DNA from: Bacteroidia bacterium
GTDB taxonomy: Bacteria; Bacteroidota; Bacteroidia; M30B66
NCBI GenBank assembly: GCA_965279035.1
Contig: OZ257142.1
Span: 2,592,001 to 2,656,000 of the forward strand
DNA length: 64,000 bases
Direction of reading: 5' to 3'
The number at the start of each line of letters is the position of its first letter. Position 1 is the first letter of the stretch. The notes beneath the pieces were generated by a model. That model was not told the origin of the DNA. It made no database searches and saw only the letters and a program-made list of their open reading frames with translations. The position numbers were made by a program, and so were the translations under genes. This document shows, one piece after another, positions 1 through 10,089 of this stretch.

Positions 1-618
1 ATCCACTTCTTCCCCAAAAAATTCAATGCGAAAAGGTTCATCATCCGAAAATGAAAATACATCTAATATTCCACCTCGTATTGCAAATTGACCGGGTTCA
101 ACCACAAAGTCAACACGTTCGAATTCATATTCATGTAAAAAATCATGTACAAATTCAATTGATAAGCGCTCTCCACGTTTAAGTTGAAATGTATTTTTTT
201 TGAGATTTCCATGAGTAACAACACGCTCGAAAAGTGCTTCCGGGTATGTTACAATGATTGGAGGTCGTTTATCAGAATTTATCGTACTCAACACTTCAGC
301 ACGTAATAATTTATTATTCCCATCATTGCTCTCCAATTCATAAGGCTTTTTATAGGAGGCTGGGAAAAATAGAACATTTGAATTAGGCAATAAACATTGT
401 AGGTCATTTAAAAAATAAGCAGCTTCTTCTCTTCCAGGAATAACAAGTAAAACTGTTTTTTCGAGGATTTCTGCTAAACTCGCTGCTATAAATGAAGCTT
501 GTGAACCTGCAATTCCTTTTAATAAAATTCTGCTTTCATGATTTACTTTCAATTGTGAAAGCATCTGATTGAGCACAGAATGTGAATGATATAACTTAAG
601 AATGTCGTGTGAAGTCAA
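1..618 (-). CDS. mfd: Transcription-repair coupling factor, N-terminal part (runs off the window's left edge)
   Basis: Not in the ORF track. Manual translation from TTG at 618 gives LTSHDILKLY...LKGIAGSQASF...EEAAYFLNDL...FERVDFVVEPGQFAIRGGILDVFSFSDDEPFRIEFFGEEVD, the UvrB-homology module of Mfd. Confidence 0.93.
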   Translation of the reverse strand, partial: MTSHDILKLYHSHSVLNQMLSQLKVNHESRILLKGIAGSQASFIAASLAEILEKTVLLVIPGREEAAYFLNDLQCLLPNSNVLFFPASYKKPYELESNDGNNKLLRAEVLSTINSDKRPPIIVTYPEALFERVVTHGNLKKNTFQLKRGERLSIEFVHDFLHEYEFERVDFVVEPGQFAIRGGILDVFSFSDDEPFRIEFFGEEVD

Positions 619-846
619 AGCAGTAAAAACAAAGAAAGCAGAACATTCGTTTTTAAAGAATGTTTAACCAATTAGTGTTGCGAAGATAGTGAAACACACA
701 TTGAGTTTGAGTTTGATGTGATTGGAAGATTTTAAAACAAATCCTAAGATTTGAACGCGATTATTCAAATTGTTCATCTATTAAATTATATAGGAATAAT
801 AACAAATCCATAAATTGACTTGGATCAAAATGATTAATATTACACC

Positions 847-1215
847 ATGCAATTCAATGTTTTAGGAGGAGAATTAGCACCGTGTTGCTTAGATCCAATA
901 ACTGGTTATTATCGAGATGGGCATTGTCATACGAGTAATGAAGATATTGGTGTTCATACGGTTTGTGCAAAAGTTACCGCTGTATTTTTAGATTTCTCCA
1001 AACGAATGGGAAATGACCTCTCCACGCCTAGCCCAGAAAATAATTTTCCCGGATTAAAACCAGGAGATACTTGGTGTGTTTGTGCTTCACGCTGGAAACA
1101 AGCCTATGAAATGGGAACTTCTTGTCCAATCATTTTGTCATCTACACATGAAAAAACTCTAGAGCTCATTCCATTAGAAATATTAATGGAAAATGCTGCT
1201 GATTTATTGAGTTAA
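847..1215 (+). CDS. DUF2237 family protein
   Basis: Motifs NVLGGELAPC..DPITGYYRDGHC, HTVCA and FPGLKPGDTWCVCASRW. Confidence 0.9.
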   Translation: MQFNVLGGELAPCCLDPITGYYRDGHCHTSNEDIGVHTVCAKVTAVFLDFSKRMGNDLSTPSPENNFPGLKPGDTWCVCASRWKQAYEMGTSCPIILSSTHEKTLELIPLEILMENAADLLS

Positions 1216-1218
1216 AAA

Positions 1219-2094
1219 TTAATTAGAGAATCGTAAAAGATAATATCCTAATTGGAACCCAAATATGCGATAAGGTTGATAAATCGTTTGATTGTTATAA
1301 GGTATATACAATTTACTTGTTAGCATTGATAAACTTAGTGAGTAACGATTATGGTAAACTAATCCAATACCAAGTGATCGAGTGAAACCATTTCCTTTCA
1401 CGGATTCGAGCGTATAAATAAATCCATTGTTTGTATAAAAACGGATTCCGGGTGCTTTCATCCTGATCAATCCAATTTGGGCTTGAATAAACAATTGAAA
1501 ATCATCGTTCAACTCGGTTGTCCATGTAATTCCAGAATTCAAATGAATGGCTCTCCAAGGACTTGCAATAGTAGTTAATACTTTTACATTTAATTGAGTT
1601 TCTTGAATTGTTGAAAATTCTGATTTATTAAAAGGATTATTTACCAATAAAAATTGAGTACTCCAGAACAATTGATTTCGGGTTCGAACCCAAGCAGAAG
1701 CCTGAAAAAATGATCCTGTTTTTGCAAAGCCAGCATATTGTGAATTCGAACTAGAAAATGAACCTGAAGGCAGAGACATACCAGCACTAACAGAAAAATT
1801 AAATTGATCATCGATTAAAACACGATGGACAACTGTCTCTTTACTTTTTGATAAGTGATTTGAAATAGGAATTGTGTTTATTGATTTTTTTAGGACTTGG
1901 CTCTCAGAGATATAAATGATTGTATTTCCGGGAGTTTGGACTTGAATACTACCTTTAGAACCCGGATTTAATATTTTACCAACTATTATTTTCCCATTTA
2001 AAAGGAATACTGAGTCTTGAGCTATTGGTTCAATTTGAGCATTTAAACTAAAACTCAAAAAAAGAATATAAACTAGTAGAAAATAATATTTCAT
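1219..2094 (-). CDS. Secreted protein, probable outer-membrane beta-barrel
   Basis: Signal peptide, DSVFLLNGKIIVGKI N-terminal module, amphipathic strands ending FQLGYY. Confidence 0.6.
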   Translation of the reverse strand: MKYYFLLVYILFLSFSLNAQIEPIAQDSVFLLNGKIIVGKILNPGSKGSIQVQTPGNTIIYISESQVLKKSINTIPISNHLSKSKETVVHRVLIDDQFNFSVSAGMSLPSGSFSSSNSQYAGFAKTGSFFQASAWVRTRNQLFWSTQFLLVNNPFNKSEFSTIQETQLNVKVLTTIASPWRAIHLNSGITWTTELNDDFQLFIQAQIGLIRMKAPGIRFYTNNGFIYTLESVKGNGFTRSLGIGLVYHNRYSLSLSMLTSKLYIPYNNQTIYQPYRIFGFQLGYYLLRFSN

Positions 2095-2143
2095 CGAAGC
2101 AAGTTACGAATGAAACATTCAATTTGAACTCTTTATAAAATGG

Positions 2144-3088
2144 TTATTTTTTAAGAAACATACCTAAAAACAAGATTCCAAAAAACAGAATACTAAACGT
2201 AGCTAGTTTCCAGTATTTTGAAAAGAATTGTTGAACTCTCATTTCTGGGAAATTATACCCTAATATGAGTGATTCTATCGATTTTAAAGATGCTTGATCT
2301 TTTGATGGAGAGTAGGAATTATACGCTGAATCTTTGTAGAATTGAATACTATTCATTACTTGATGAATATCATTTTGAAGTATTTCAAGAACCGATTTAT
2401 CTGCAACAGATGTAAAACGTAAATATCCATTTCGCCCAAGAAAACAAATAGTTGCGCAAATTCTTGGCTCTTTTTCTTTACCAATTCGAATGTCTTCTAT
2501 CCAATAAAGAGTATGAAGTTTACTATCAAAATGAGGTTCTAATGCCCAACCGTTTAAATGAATTTCTTCTAGGTTATCCTTAATTCTGTTAGCATTTGTA
2601 CTATCAATCGATTTTATATAATGATCAATAAAATAGTCCTCATTCAATATATCTTCATTATCAATAAAAACGTGACCATCATGAAAATAATCAATTGTAA
2701 ATACAATAGCATTGGAAGAGAAAACTGGAATTCCTTTTTTTGCAAGTATGCCCAGATGCTTTGCATTACTTGGAGATTCTCCCCAATAATTAACAACCAT
2801 ATTGAGTGTTTGGATCGAATCTAAAAAATGATACGTTCCTGGAGTTTTGATTTTAGCAATTCGTTCTTTTAATTCAAAAGTTCCTTCTTTAAAAGAAAAC
2901 TCTGATTCAATGTCATTGCTAATTTTTTTGATATCAAGTGAATCAAAATCTTCAGATATCTGTTTTCCCATTAGATTGGAAATGGTGAAAATAGAAATAC
3001 CTAAAAGCACTAATTTTAAAGAGAATGAATTTAACAATTGAAAATAATTATTTAAAATTAGGCAAGTATATAGTAAATAGTATTTCAC
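2144..3088 (-). CDS. DUF2167 domain membrane-anchored protein
   Basis: LNGWALEPHFDSKLHTLYW, FLGRNGYL, F..Y..Y.P.KD motifs and a C-terminal TM helix. The start may lie further downstream. Confidence 0.75.
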   Translation of the reverse strand: MKYYLLYTCLILNNYFQLLNSFSLKLVLLGISIFTISNLMGKQISEDFDSLDIKKISNDIESEFSFKEGTFELKERIAKIKTPGTYHFLDSIQTLNMVVNYWGESPSNAKHLGILAKKGIPVFSSNAIVFTIDYFHDGHVFIDNEDILNEDYFIDHYIKSIDSTNANRIKDNLEEIHLNGWALEPHFDSKLHTLYWIEDIRIGKEKEPRICATICFLGRNGYLRFTSVADKSVLEILQNDIHQVMNSIQFYKDSAYNSYSPSKDQASLKSIESLILGYNFPEMRVQQFFSKYWKLATFSILFFGILFLGMFLKK

Positions 3089-3152
3089 TTATTCATATAC
3101 TAAGAAAAATACTCCAAAAGGGTGATTTGGAAAAAAAATAGAAAATTAAATC

Positions 3153-4226
3153 TTAAGAATATCGTTCGCGTTCCCTTCGATGCATCGCTTTAAGAGGATT
3201 TTTAGAAATATCCTGAGCGATTTGTCGATTTCTAAAAATATCCATAGCTAAATAAATTGCTTCTCTAAAAGAATCTGGATTGGCGATATCTTTCCCTGCT
3301 ATATCATAGGCCGTTCCATGGTCTGGTGAAGTCCGAATAATTGGAAGTCCAGCAGTAAAATTAACTCCATGGTGAAATGCTATAGACTTAAATGGTACTA
3401 ATCCTTGGTCGTGATACATAGCCAATACTGCATCAAACTTTCTCCATTGTCCACTACCAAAAAACCCATCCGCTGAATAAGGTCCAAAGGCTAAAATTCC
3501 TTCTTCTTTTGCTTTTGAAATTGCAGGCTCAATCAAAGTAATCTCTTCATTTCCAAGTAATCCAGAATCACCAGCATGAGGATTTAATCCTAAAACAGCA
3601 ATTTTAGGTTTGGTAATGCAGAAATCTTGAATCAAGGATGAATTTAATATACGAATCTTCCCAAGTATATTTTCACTATTTAATAATCCTGAAACTTGCT
3701 GCAAAGGCACGTGTCCAGTGACAGTTCCAACACGAAGATTATCACTTACTAATAACATTAAGTACTCTTTACTATTGAATTTATTCGCTAGAAATTCAGT
3801 ATGCCCAGAGAAATTGAAATCCGGACCTTGAACATTACTTTTATTAAAAGGAGATGTAACAAGAACATCAATTAAACCGGATTGCAAATCTTCGGTAGCG
3901 CGCATGAGCGATTTAACTGCCCAAGCACCTGAAGCAGGAGTAGAATTACCAATATCCAATCCTACATCAATATCGGTTAGATTTATAAAGTTGCAATGGT
4001 TTTTAGCCGCCTTGCTTGCATCAGAAATTCCGAAAAAATTAAATTCAATTTTATCCAACAATTTTCGATGTTGTGTTGCCGCTTTATGAATTCCGTAGAC
4101 AATTGGCGTACAAAGCTCTAACATTGCATGATCCATGAATGTCTTCATTATCACTTCATATCCAATACCATTAAAATCGCCTTGTGTTATTCCAACTCGA
4201 ATGGAAGAATCTTTCCCTTCACTCAT
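3153..4226 (-). CDS. pdxA: 4-hydroxythreonine-4-phosphate dehydrogenase
   Basis: GITQGDFNGIGYE, GHTEFL, LGLNPHAG, AMYHDQGL, RTSPDHGTAYDIAG. Confidence 0.97.
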   Translation of the reverse strand: MSEGKDSSIRVGITQGDFNGIGYEVIMKTFMDHAMLELCTPIVYGIHKAATQHRKLLDKIEFNFFGISDASKAAKNHCNFINLTDIDVGLDIGNSTPASGAWAVKSLMRATEDLQSGLIDVLVTSPFNKSNVQGPDFNFSGHTEFLANKFNSKEYLMLLVSDNLRVGTVTGHVPLQQVSGLLNSENILGKIRILNSSLIQDFCITKPKIAVLGLNPHAGDSGLLGNEEITLIEPAISKAKEEGILAFGPYSADGFFGSGQWRKFDAVLAMYHDQGLVPFKSIAFHHGVNFTAGLPIIRTSPDHGTAYDIAGKDIANPDSFREAIYLAMDIFRNRQIAQDISKNPLKAMHRRERERYS

Positions 4227-5659
4227 GATTTACACTTGTTTAAAATAAAATCAAACAATAATCGAACTCCTACTCCTGTTCCACCTTTCCCACGATACGA
4301 ATCCATCGATTCAACAAAAGCAGGTCCTGCAATATCCAAATGCACCCATGGATATTTGGTGAATTTTTCGAGAAATTTACCAGCAGTGTTTGCCCCAGCA
4401 TTTATTCCACCAATGTTCTTGATATCGGCTATGTCGCTTTTGAGCAATTCGGAATAATCATCCCATAGTGGAAATTCAACTAATCGTTCATGAACATTCT
4501 CACCACTTTGTTTCAATAAATCAAAATCAGAAGTGGCTGTTCCTAAGGCAACAATCCCATATTTACCAATTGCTCTTGCAGCAGCCCCAGTTAAGGTAGC
4601 TAAATCGACAACAAACTCTGGTTTGTATTTTTGGGCATACACCAAGGCATCACTTAAAATAAGTCGTCCTTCAGCATCTGTATTTAAAACTTCAACGGTA
4701 CTACCATCCGAAATTGTTATTACATCGCCCGGTACTATCGCATTTCCATCGGGTCTATTATCAGTACATGGAGCAAGCCCAATAACCCAAATAGGTAATT
4801 CTGCTTTCGAAATACAATAGAGTGCTCCAACAACAGAAGCCGCACCACCCATATCGCATTTCATAGTCATCATCCCATCATTGGGCTTTAAGCTTAAACC
4901 TCCAGTATCATATACAACTCCTTTCCCAACGAAAACATAAGGTTGAGAATTGATGCTTTTTTCGGGTTTATGTTCCATGACAATAAACACAGGTGGATCA
5001 ATAGAACCTTTGTTTACAGCCAATAAGCCTCCCATTTTTAATGCTTCAATTTTCGATTTATTAAAAACATCTACCTTAAAGCCAGCTTCTTTCCCTAATT
5101 TTTCTACATCTTTTCCAAACTGCACTGCAGTTAAATAGGATAAAGGTTCATTGACAAAATCGCGTGTTAGATAAATTCCTTCGGTGATGGTTGTTAAGTT
5201 ATGAATATCCTTGGAGGAAATTTTATCACTAATAACCTCAATTTTCTTCAATGAATTTTTCTCAATCTCAGACGTTGATCTGTATTTTAGAAATTGATAA
5301 TTCCCCAAAGAAATACCTTCAATAAAAGCAATAGCTAAATTCGGATCTGAACAACAATCACGGACTTGAATGGTTTTAATCTTTTGCGAATTAATTTGTT
5401 GCAGAACATTGAATCCTACTTTTCGCAAATACTCTTTGCTAAGATTGAGTGTTTTTTGAACCTCAATCATTACAATAAAACTAAAATGGGAGTAATGGTT
5501 TATTGCGATTAAATTCTTCTTCGATTTTATCTGCTCTTGAATGTATTTCCATTCACTTTTAGAAAATTCTTTTGAATGAAGATCTTCAATTGAATTTACA
5601 ATCAGTATTTGATCAATCTCCGATGATTTGCTTTTCTTAGATAGAGTAATTTTTAACAT
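4223..5659 (-). CDS. pepA: Leucyl aminopeptidase (M17)
   Basis: VGKGVVYDTGGLSLK, MKCDMGGAA, NTDAEGRLILSD, HLDIAG. ATGA overlap with pdxA. Confidence 0.96.
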   Translation of the reverse strand: MLKITLSKKSKSSEIDQILIVNSIEDLHSKEFSKSEWKYIQEQIKSKKNLIAINHYSHFSFIVMIEVQKTLNLSKEYLRKVGFNVLQQINSQKIKTIQVRDCCSDPNLAIAFIEGISLGNYQFLKYRSTSEIEKNSLKKIEVISDKISSKDIHNLTTITEGIYLTRDFVNEPLSYLTAVQFGKDVEKLGKEAGFKVDVFNKSKIEALKMGGLLAVNKGSIDPPVFIVMEHKPEKSINSQPYVFVGKGVVYDTGGLSLKPNDGMMTMKCDMGGAASVVGALYCISKAELPIWVIGLAPCTDNRPDGNAIVPGDVITISDGSTVEVLNTDAEGRLILSDALVYAQKYKPEFVVDLATLTGAAARAIGKYGIVALGTATSDFDLLKQSGENVHERLVEFPLWDDYSELLKSDIADIKNIGGINAGANTAGKFLEKFTKYPWVHLDIAGPAFVESMDSYRGKGGTGVGVRLLFDFILNKCKS

Positions 5660-5677
5660 TGCTACGATTTAGGGTAG

Positions 5678-5685
5678 CAAATGTA
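5678..5685 (-). promoter_or_regulatory. Bacteroidota sigma-A -7 box (TACATTTG) for pepA-pdxA
   Basis: Exact TAnnTTTG match about 18 nt upstream of the pepA ATG. Confidence 0.6.
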
Positions 5686-5741
5686 ATAATTCAAGGCATT
5701 AAGGAGATCACGATCTGGTATAATTATACACTACCGTAGAG

Positions 5742-7697
5742 TTAACAAGGAATTTCGACTGTTATGGTAGTGCCTTTGCCAAGGGTTGAGTCAATAAATA
5801 AAGTTCCTTTCAAATATTCTACACGAGAACGAATGTTTTTTAATCCAATACCTTCGTTTTGTCCAGTGTTCTGAAAATCAAACCCAATTCCATCATCCTC
5901 AATAACCATCACCAATTCATGATCATGACGAATTAACTGAATACCAATAACATTAGCTTGAGCATGACGAAGTATATTATTTACAACTTCCTGCAAAACC
6001 CTAAAAATGACAGTTTCAATTGAAGGATCAAGTCTTTCGTGCAAATCGACTATTTCAAGATCAACTTTATACGTCCCACTTGCACTAATTTTCTGAACAA
6101 ATTCTCGTATTGCCCCTGTCAAACCATCTTTAACGAGCGCATTTGCCATCATAGCATGTGAAACAGCACGTACTTCTTTCACAGCATCATCGATAAGATT
6201 TGATGCATTCTCAAATAATTCGACTTGTTTTGTGCTATCCGGCTTCAAAATTCCACGAAGGCCAGATAAGGTGAGTTTAGCTGCCGAAAGCTGTTGTCCA
6301 ATACCATCATGAAGTTCACGAGCAATACGCACTCGTTCCCTCTCCTCTGCTTCCATAGCAGCTTTCGAACGTAATTCCTGTTGAATTAAAAGTTCAGCAT
6401 CCAACTTTCTTTTGTTGTTTAATTGCTTTCTATTATATAATAAATATCCTAGTAAAGCAAGTAATAATGCTAAGATAATAATTGAAATTGTAATGTACCT
6501 ACTTCGAATTAATGCTTCTGCCGATAATTGATTTTCTTTTATTAATAAAGCATTTTCTTGTTCTGTTCGTTCAGTTTCATACCGAGTTTCCATTTCTGTA
6601 AATTTCTCAGCCATGGTTTCCGAAAAAATGGAATCTTTTACATGATCCGATTTATCATAATATTTTAATGCTAATTGCTTCTTATTGGTCAACACATAAA
6701 GATCTCCGAAGGATTTATATAATTGAGGTAAATTATACCCAATCGAATCGCGTTCCGTAATAAACTCTGCTTTTTTTAAATATTCTTCTGCACGATCATA
6801 CTCTTGTAAATCGATATACACATTTCCAATATTCCCAAGGTAAAGTGCAATACTGTATGGGTTTTTAAAAATGGTTGCAATTGACAAAGCTCTTTGATAA
6901 TAGGCTAGTCCTTCTTTCGATTTTCCTAATTTCCGATAGTAAATCCCAACATTATTCAGTGCACCTTCTAAATTCACCGAATCTCCTATTTCCTCCCTTA
7001 ATGTTACAGTCTTTAATTCTAATTCTAATGCTTTTTTAAAATTTCCTTTACTTTCCTCTGCTGTTGCTAAATAATTCAAGGAATTCGCAATTCCGGCTTT
7101 ATCTCCCAATCGTGTTAATACTTGATACGCCTGTTTCGCATACATTTCTAATTTATCGAATTGGCGCATATTCATATATATAACACACAAGTTATTTAAT
7201 GTGTATGCTTCTTTCTTCTCATCTTTTAATTCTCTAAATATTTTTAATGCTTTTAATTGTGCATCATGTGCTTCATTTAAATAATTCATCTCAGTATAAC
7301 AATGCCCAATTTTACTGTAAGATGATGCTATTCCTATTTTATCTTTAATTTTTTGACGAATCAAAAGTGCTTTTTGATGATAATTTAATGCTTCTCTGAA
7401 TTTATTTTCCCCAATTAATACAATACCTATATCATTATATCCTGAAGCAATAAAATAATCTGAATGTATTTGTTCTGCTAGTTTCAATTCTAAATCAGCA
7501 TATTTTCGGGCTTTATCGATAGATACATACAAATATTCCCATGATAAATCTGAATATAAACGAAGTTTAGATGTGTCTTCTTGGGCATTCTTTAGCTTAT
7601 TTTCTAATTGCAAAATGGCATTCTCTTGTGCGTCCCCATTTTGAGGAAACAATACAAGAAACAACAGCAATAAATACAATGAATATCGCATAGCCAA
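5742..7697 (-). CDS. TPR-repeat sensor histidine kinase (HisKA_3/NarX type)
   Basis: Periplasmic TPRs, one TM helix, ERVRIARELHDGIGQ H-box, QEVVNNILRHA, DDGIGF and GIGLKNI boxes. Confidence 0.93.
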   Translation of the reverse strand: MAMRYSLYLLLLFLVLFPQNGDAQENAILQLENKLKNAQEDTSKLRLYSDLSWEYLYVSIDKARKYADLELKLAEQIHSDYFIASGYNDIGIVLIGENKFREALNYHQKALLIRQKIKDKIGIASSYSKIGHCYTEMNYLNEAHDAQLKALKIFRELKDEKKEAYTLNNLCVIYMNMRQFDKLEMYAKQAYQVLTRLGDKAGIANSLNYLATAEESKGNFKKALELELKTVTLREEIGDSVNLEGALNNVGIYYRKLGKSKEGLAYYQRALSIATIFKNPYSIALYLGNIGNVYIDLQEYDRAEEYLKKAEFITERDSIGYNLPQLYKSFGDLYVLTNKKQLALKYYDKSDHVKDSIFSETMAEKFTEMETRYETERTEQENALLIKENQLSAEALIRSRYITISIIILALLLALLGYLLYNRKQLNNKRKLDAELLIQQELRSKAAMEAEERERVRIARELHDGIGQQLSAAKLTLSGLRGILKPDSTKQVELFENASNLIDDAVKEVRAVSHAMMANALVKDGLTGAIREFVQKISASGTYKVDLEIVDLHERLDPSIETVIFRVLQEVVNNILRHAQANVIGIQLIRHDHELVMVIEDDGIGFDFQNTGQNEGIGLKNIRSRVEYLKGTLFIDSTLGKGTTITVEIPC

Positions 7698-7732
7698 TTT
7701 GTTATTATACTAAATCAACAATCAATTTAGTA

Positions 7733-9856
7733 TTAAGGAGCAAGAATACTGAATTCTACGCGGCGATTGATAGCTCTACCAGCTTCTGTTTCATTTTCGG
7801 TAATCGGCTTTCCTTCCCCAAAACCACTTGAAGACATGCGTTCTACTTGAATGCCCTTTGAAATGAGATAGTTGAAAACGGCTTCTGCTCGTTTTTCTGA
7901 AAGCACTAAATTATCTTCTGGTTTCCCAATGTTATCAGTATGTCCATAAACAGCAATTTTCATTGTTGGATGCTTTTGCAATACATCCACTAACTTATCT
8001 AATTCAGGAAATGAATTGGGTAATAATTCGGCTTTAGCTGTTTCAAAAAACACGTTATTCAAACGAACAATTTCGCCTTTCTCAAAAGGAACAAGCAATA
8101 AATCCCGATTGATTTCTTCATAGGATGAAATCTTAGTTAAATCCAAATGATCACTTATCGGCAAATATCCTTCAGCAGAAGCAGAAAACGCATAATTTTT
8201 ACCATACGGAAGGACGATTTTATACAATCCACTATCCGGATCTGAACTTGCAATACCGGCTTCCAATCCTTCCGGAAAGACTTGATAACTCACCGATGCA
8301 GCAATGAATTTACCCGTTTTTGCATCTTTCACTTTTCCCTTTATTAAAACTACAGGGTTTGGTTTTATTTCATCTTTTAATTTAATTCGAACAACATCAC
8401 TTCCTCCGATTGAATTTCGCTCACTAACCATATAGGCGTAGTAACCCGATGCAGCTATACTATAATTAGCATCGTCTGCAATGGTATTGATACTTGATCC
8501 TAAATTCATCGGATTGGACCAATTTAACCAAGTGTCATCCAAACGTCGAGTTAAATAAATATCGCGTTTTCCTAATCCACCCGGGCGATCAGAAGCAAAA
8601 TAAAGTGTTACACCATCAGAAGCTAAAAAGGGAGTGTCTTCTCCAAATTTCGTATTAATTAATTCACCTAAATTCATAGGGCGTGACCAATCCCCATCTT
8701 TCTCCAAAAAACTCACATACAAATCATTAAACTGGGAATCCGATTTTTCTGAAAATGAAAGCAATAAGGTTTTTCCATCATTGGCAAAATATGAACCCAC
8801 ATAATTTCCTTTGGCCATATTTTCATATCCACGTAAATAAATTTGTTCAGGAATACTCCAACCTCCTTCAATTCGGTGCGAAAACGAAAATCCAGTCCCA
8901 ATGTATTTTCCTTTTTTATATGCTCCTTTGATCAACATCGTATTTCCATCTGGACGAATTCCTACGACTTTATTGACTTCCGCCGCATTAAATGGACTCA
9001 TTGCATGCTGAGCTTCTTGCCAAGATGAATCCTTTTCATTCCAAGTGCTAAACCAAATATCTTCGCTTGATTCCCAACGATAATAGGTATTGTTGGGATG
9101 TTGAGATCGAATAAAATATAAAGTTCGTTCATCAGGCGAAATGATGGGTGCAATTTCATCCACATACGAATTTACTTTTCCGCCCAAATTGCCCGATTCT
9201 CCTGGCCTTAATCCACCTGTTAATTGATCAAAGCCTTTCTTCTGATTCAATACATTTCCTCCTCCTGGATTGTAATTCACATGAAAAGTAGATGCTTCCG
9301 AAACTTTTATTGCTGACAAACTTGGATATTCTTTCACTAAACGCTCCATGGTCCAAGCTTCTACATCAGCACTGATACCAATGGCATCCAATTGTGAATC
9401 TTTTTCAGAACCACTCAATTTAATTTTCACCTTTTTAATTTTCTCTAAGACTTTAGGTACAGAAATTACTAAGAGCCGAATTGCTTGATCTACTTGATTC
9501 GCAGGCTGTTCATACACTACTGTAGATCCATTATTTTCATCCACCAATTCCACACGAACAACATATCCACATACATTATTTTCCAAAACTAGTACTTGCG
9601 TTACATTTTGTGGTAAATATTCTAACCACAATGCACCTGATTTTTGCTTATTTAATGTAGCACAACGTGGACTTAATTCGCCCGGTTTCTGAATGTCGGG
9701 AGCACCTAAAACCATACGAGCATTATGTTGGTCTTTATTGCTTATTTCTGAGTCGTACAGCAGCTTTTGAGCCCATTGAATTTGTCCAGAAACTGTTCCA
9801 GTTCGATTCACTAAAATGAGAAGCGCAAAAATGAAAATATGTATTTTACTCAACAT
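7733..9856 (-). CDS. OmpA family protein with PD40/beta-propeller repeats
   Basis: APIISPDERTLYF and TPFLASDGVTLYFASDRPGG repeats; C-terminal GHTDNIG...NLVLSEKRA...NRRVEF. Confidence 0.92.
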   Translation of the reverse strand: MLSKIHIFIFALLILVNRTGTVSGQIQWAQKLLYDSEISNKDQHNARMVLGAPDIQKPGELSPRCATLNKQKSGALWLEYLPQNVTQVLVLENNVCGYVVRVELVDENNGSTVVYEQPANQVDQAIRLLVISVPKVLEKIKKVKIKLSGSEKDSQLDAIGISADVEAWTMERLVKEYPSLSAIKVSEASTFHVNYNPGGGNVLNQKKGFDQLTGGLRPGESGNLGGKVNSYVDEIAPIISPDERTLYFIRSQHPNNTYYRWESSEDIWFSTWNEKDSSWQEAQHAMSPFNAAEVNKVVGIRPDGNTMLIKGAYKKGKYIGTGFSFSHRIEGGWSIPEQIYLRGYENMAKGNYVGSYFANDGKTLLLSFSEKSDSQFNDLYVSFLEKDGDWSRPMNLGELINTKFGEDTPFLASDGVTLYFASDRPGGLGKRDIYLTRRLDDTWLNWSNPMNLGSSINTIADDANYSIAASGYYAYMVSERNSIGGSDVVRIKLKDEIKPNPVVLIKGKVKDAKTGKFIAASVSYQVFPEGLEAGIASSDPDSGLYKIVLPYGKNYAFSASAEGYLPISDHLDLTKISSYEEINRDLLLVPFEKGEIVRLNNVFFETAKAELLPNSFPELDKLVDVLQKHPTMKIAVYGHTDNIGKPEDNLVLSEKRAEAVFNYLISKGIQVERMSSSGFGEGKPITENETEAGRAINRRVEFSILAP

Positions 9857-9890
9857 AAACAGTCGATTTTCCGGAATTTATATGAATGAT

Positions 9891-10012
9891 TTTGGGCGGT
9901 GTCCGGGCTTTCGCTCCAAGTTTTTTTGAATATTCTCAGAAATCAATCTTCATTATGAATCTTGGAGAATAAAATAAAAATACGTTAGGCTTTCCGCTCT
10001 ATCCCTACCGCT
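9891..10012. ncRNA. Structured intergenic element, Flavo-1-like (copy A)
   Basis: GGGCGGTGTCCGGGCTTTCGCTCCAAG...AGGCTTTCCGCTCTATCCCTACCGC. Terminal stems covary with copy B at 52734-52855. The Flavo-1 resemblance is from memory, not a search. Confidence 0.6.
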
Positions 10013-10036
10013 TTGAGTGAATTTGAATTATCAAGG

Positions 10037-10077
10037 AAGAAAAGAAGGCCTCCGTAAAAAATTCCTTACGAAGACCT
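10037..10077 (-). terminator. Intrinsic terminator of the 10090-11109 gene
   Basis: Minus-strand stem AGGTCTTCGTAA/TTACGGAGGCCT (with G:U pairs) followed by TCTTTTCTT. Confidence 0.7.
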
Positions 10078-10089
10078 CTGAGCAACAAT

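Noticed and set aside
9891-10012. Hammerhead ribozyme (GAAA motifs on the minus strand)
   Set aside because: No CUGANGA core in either copy.
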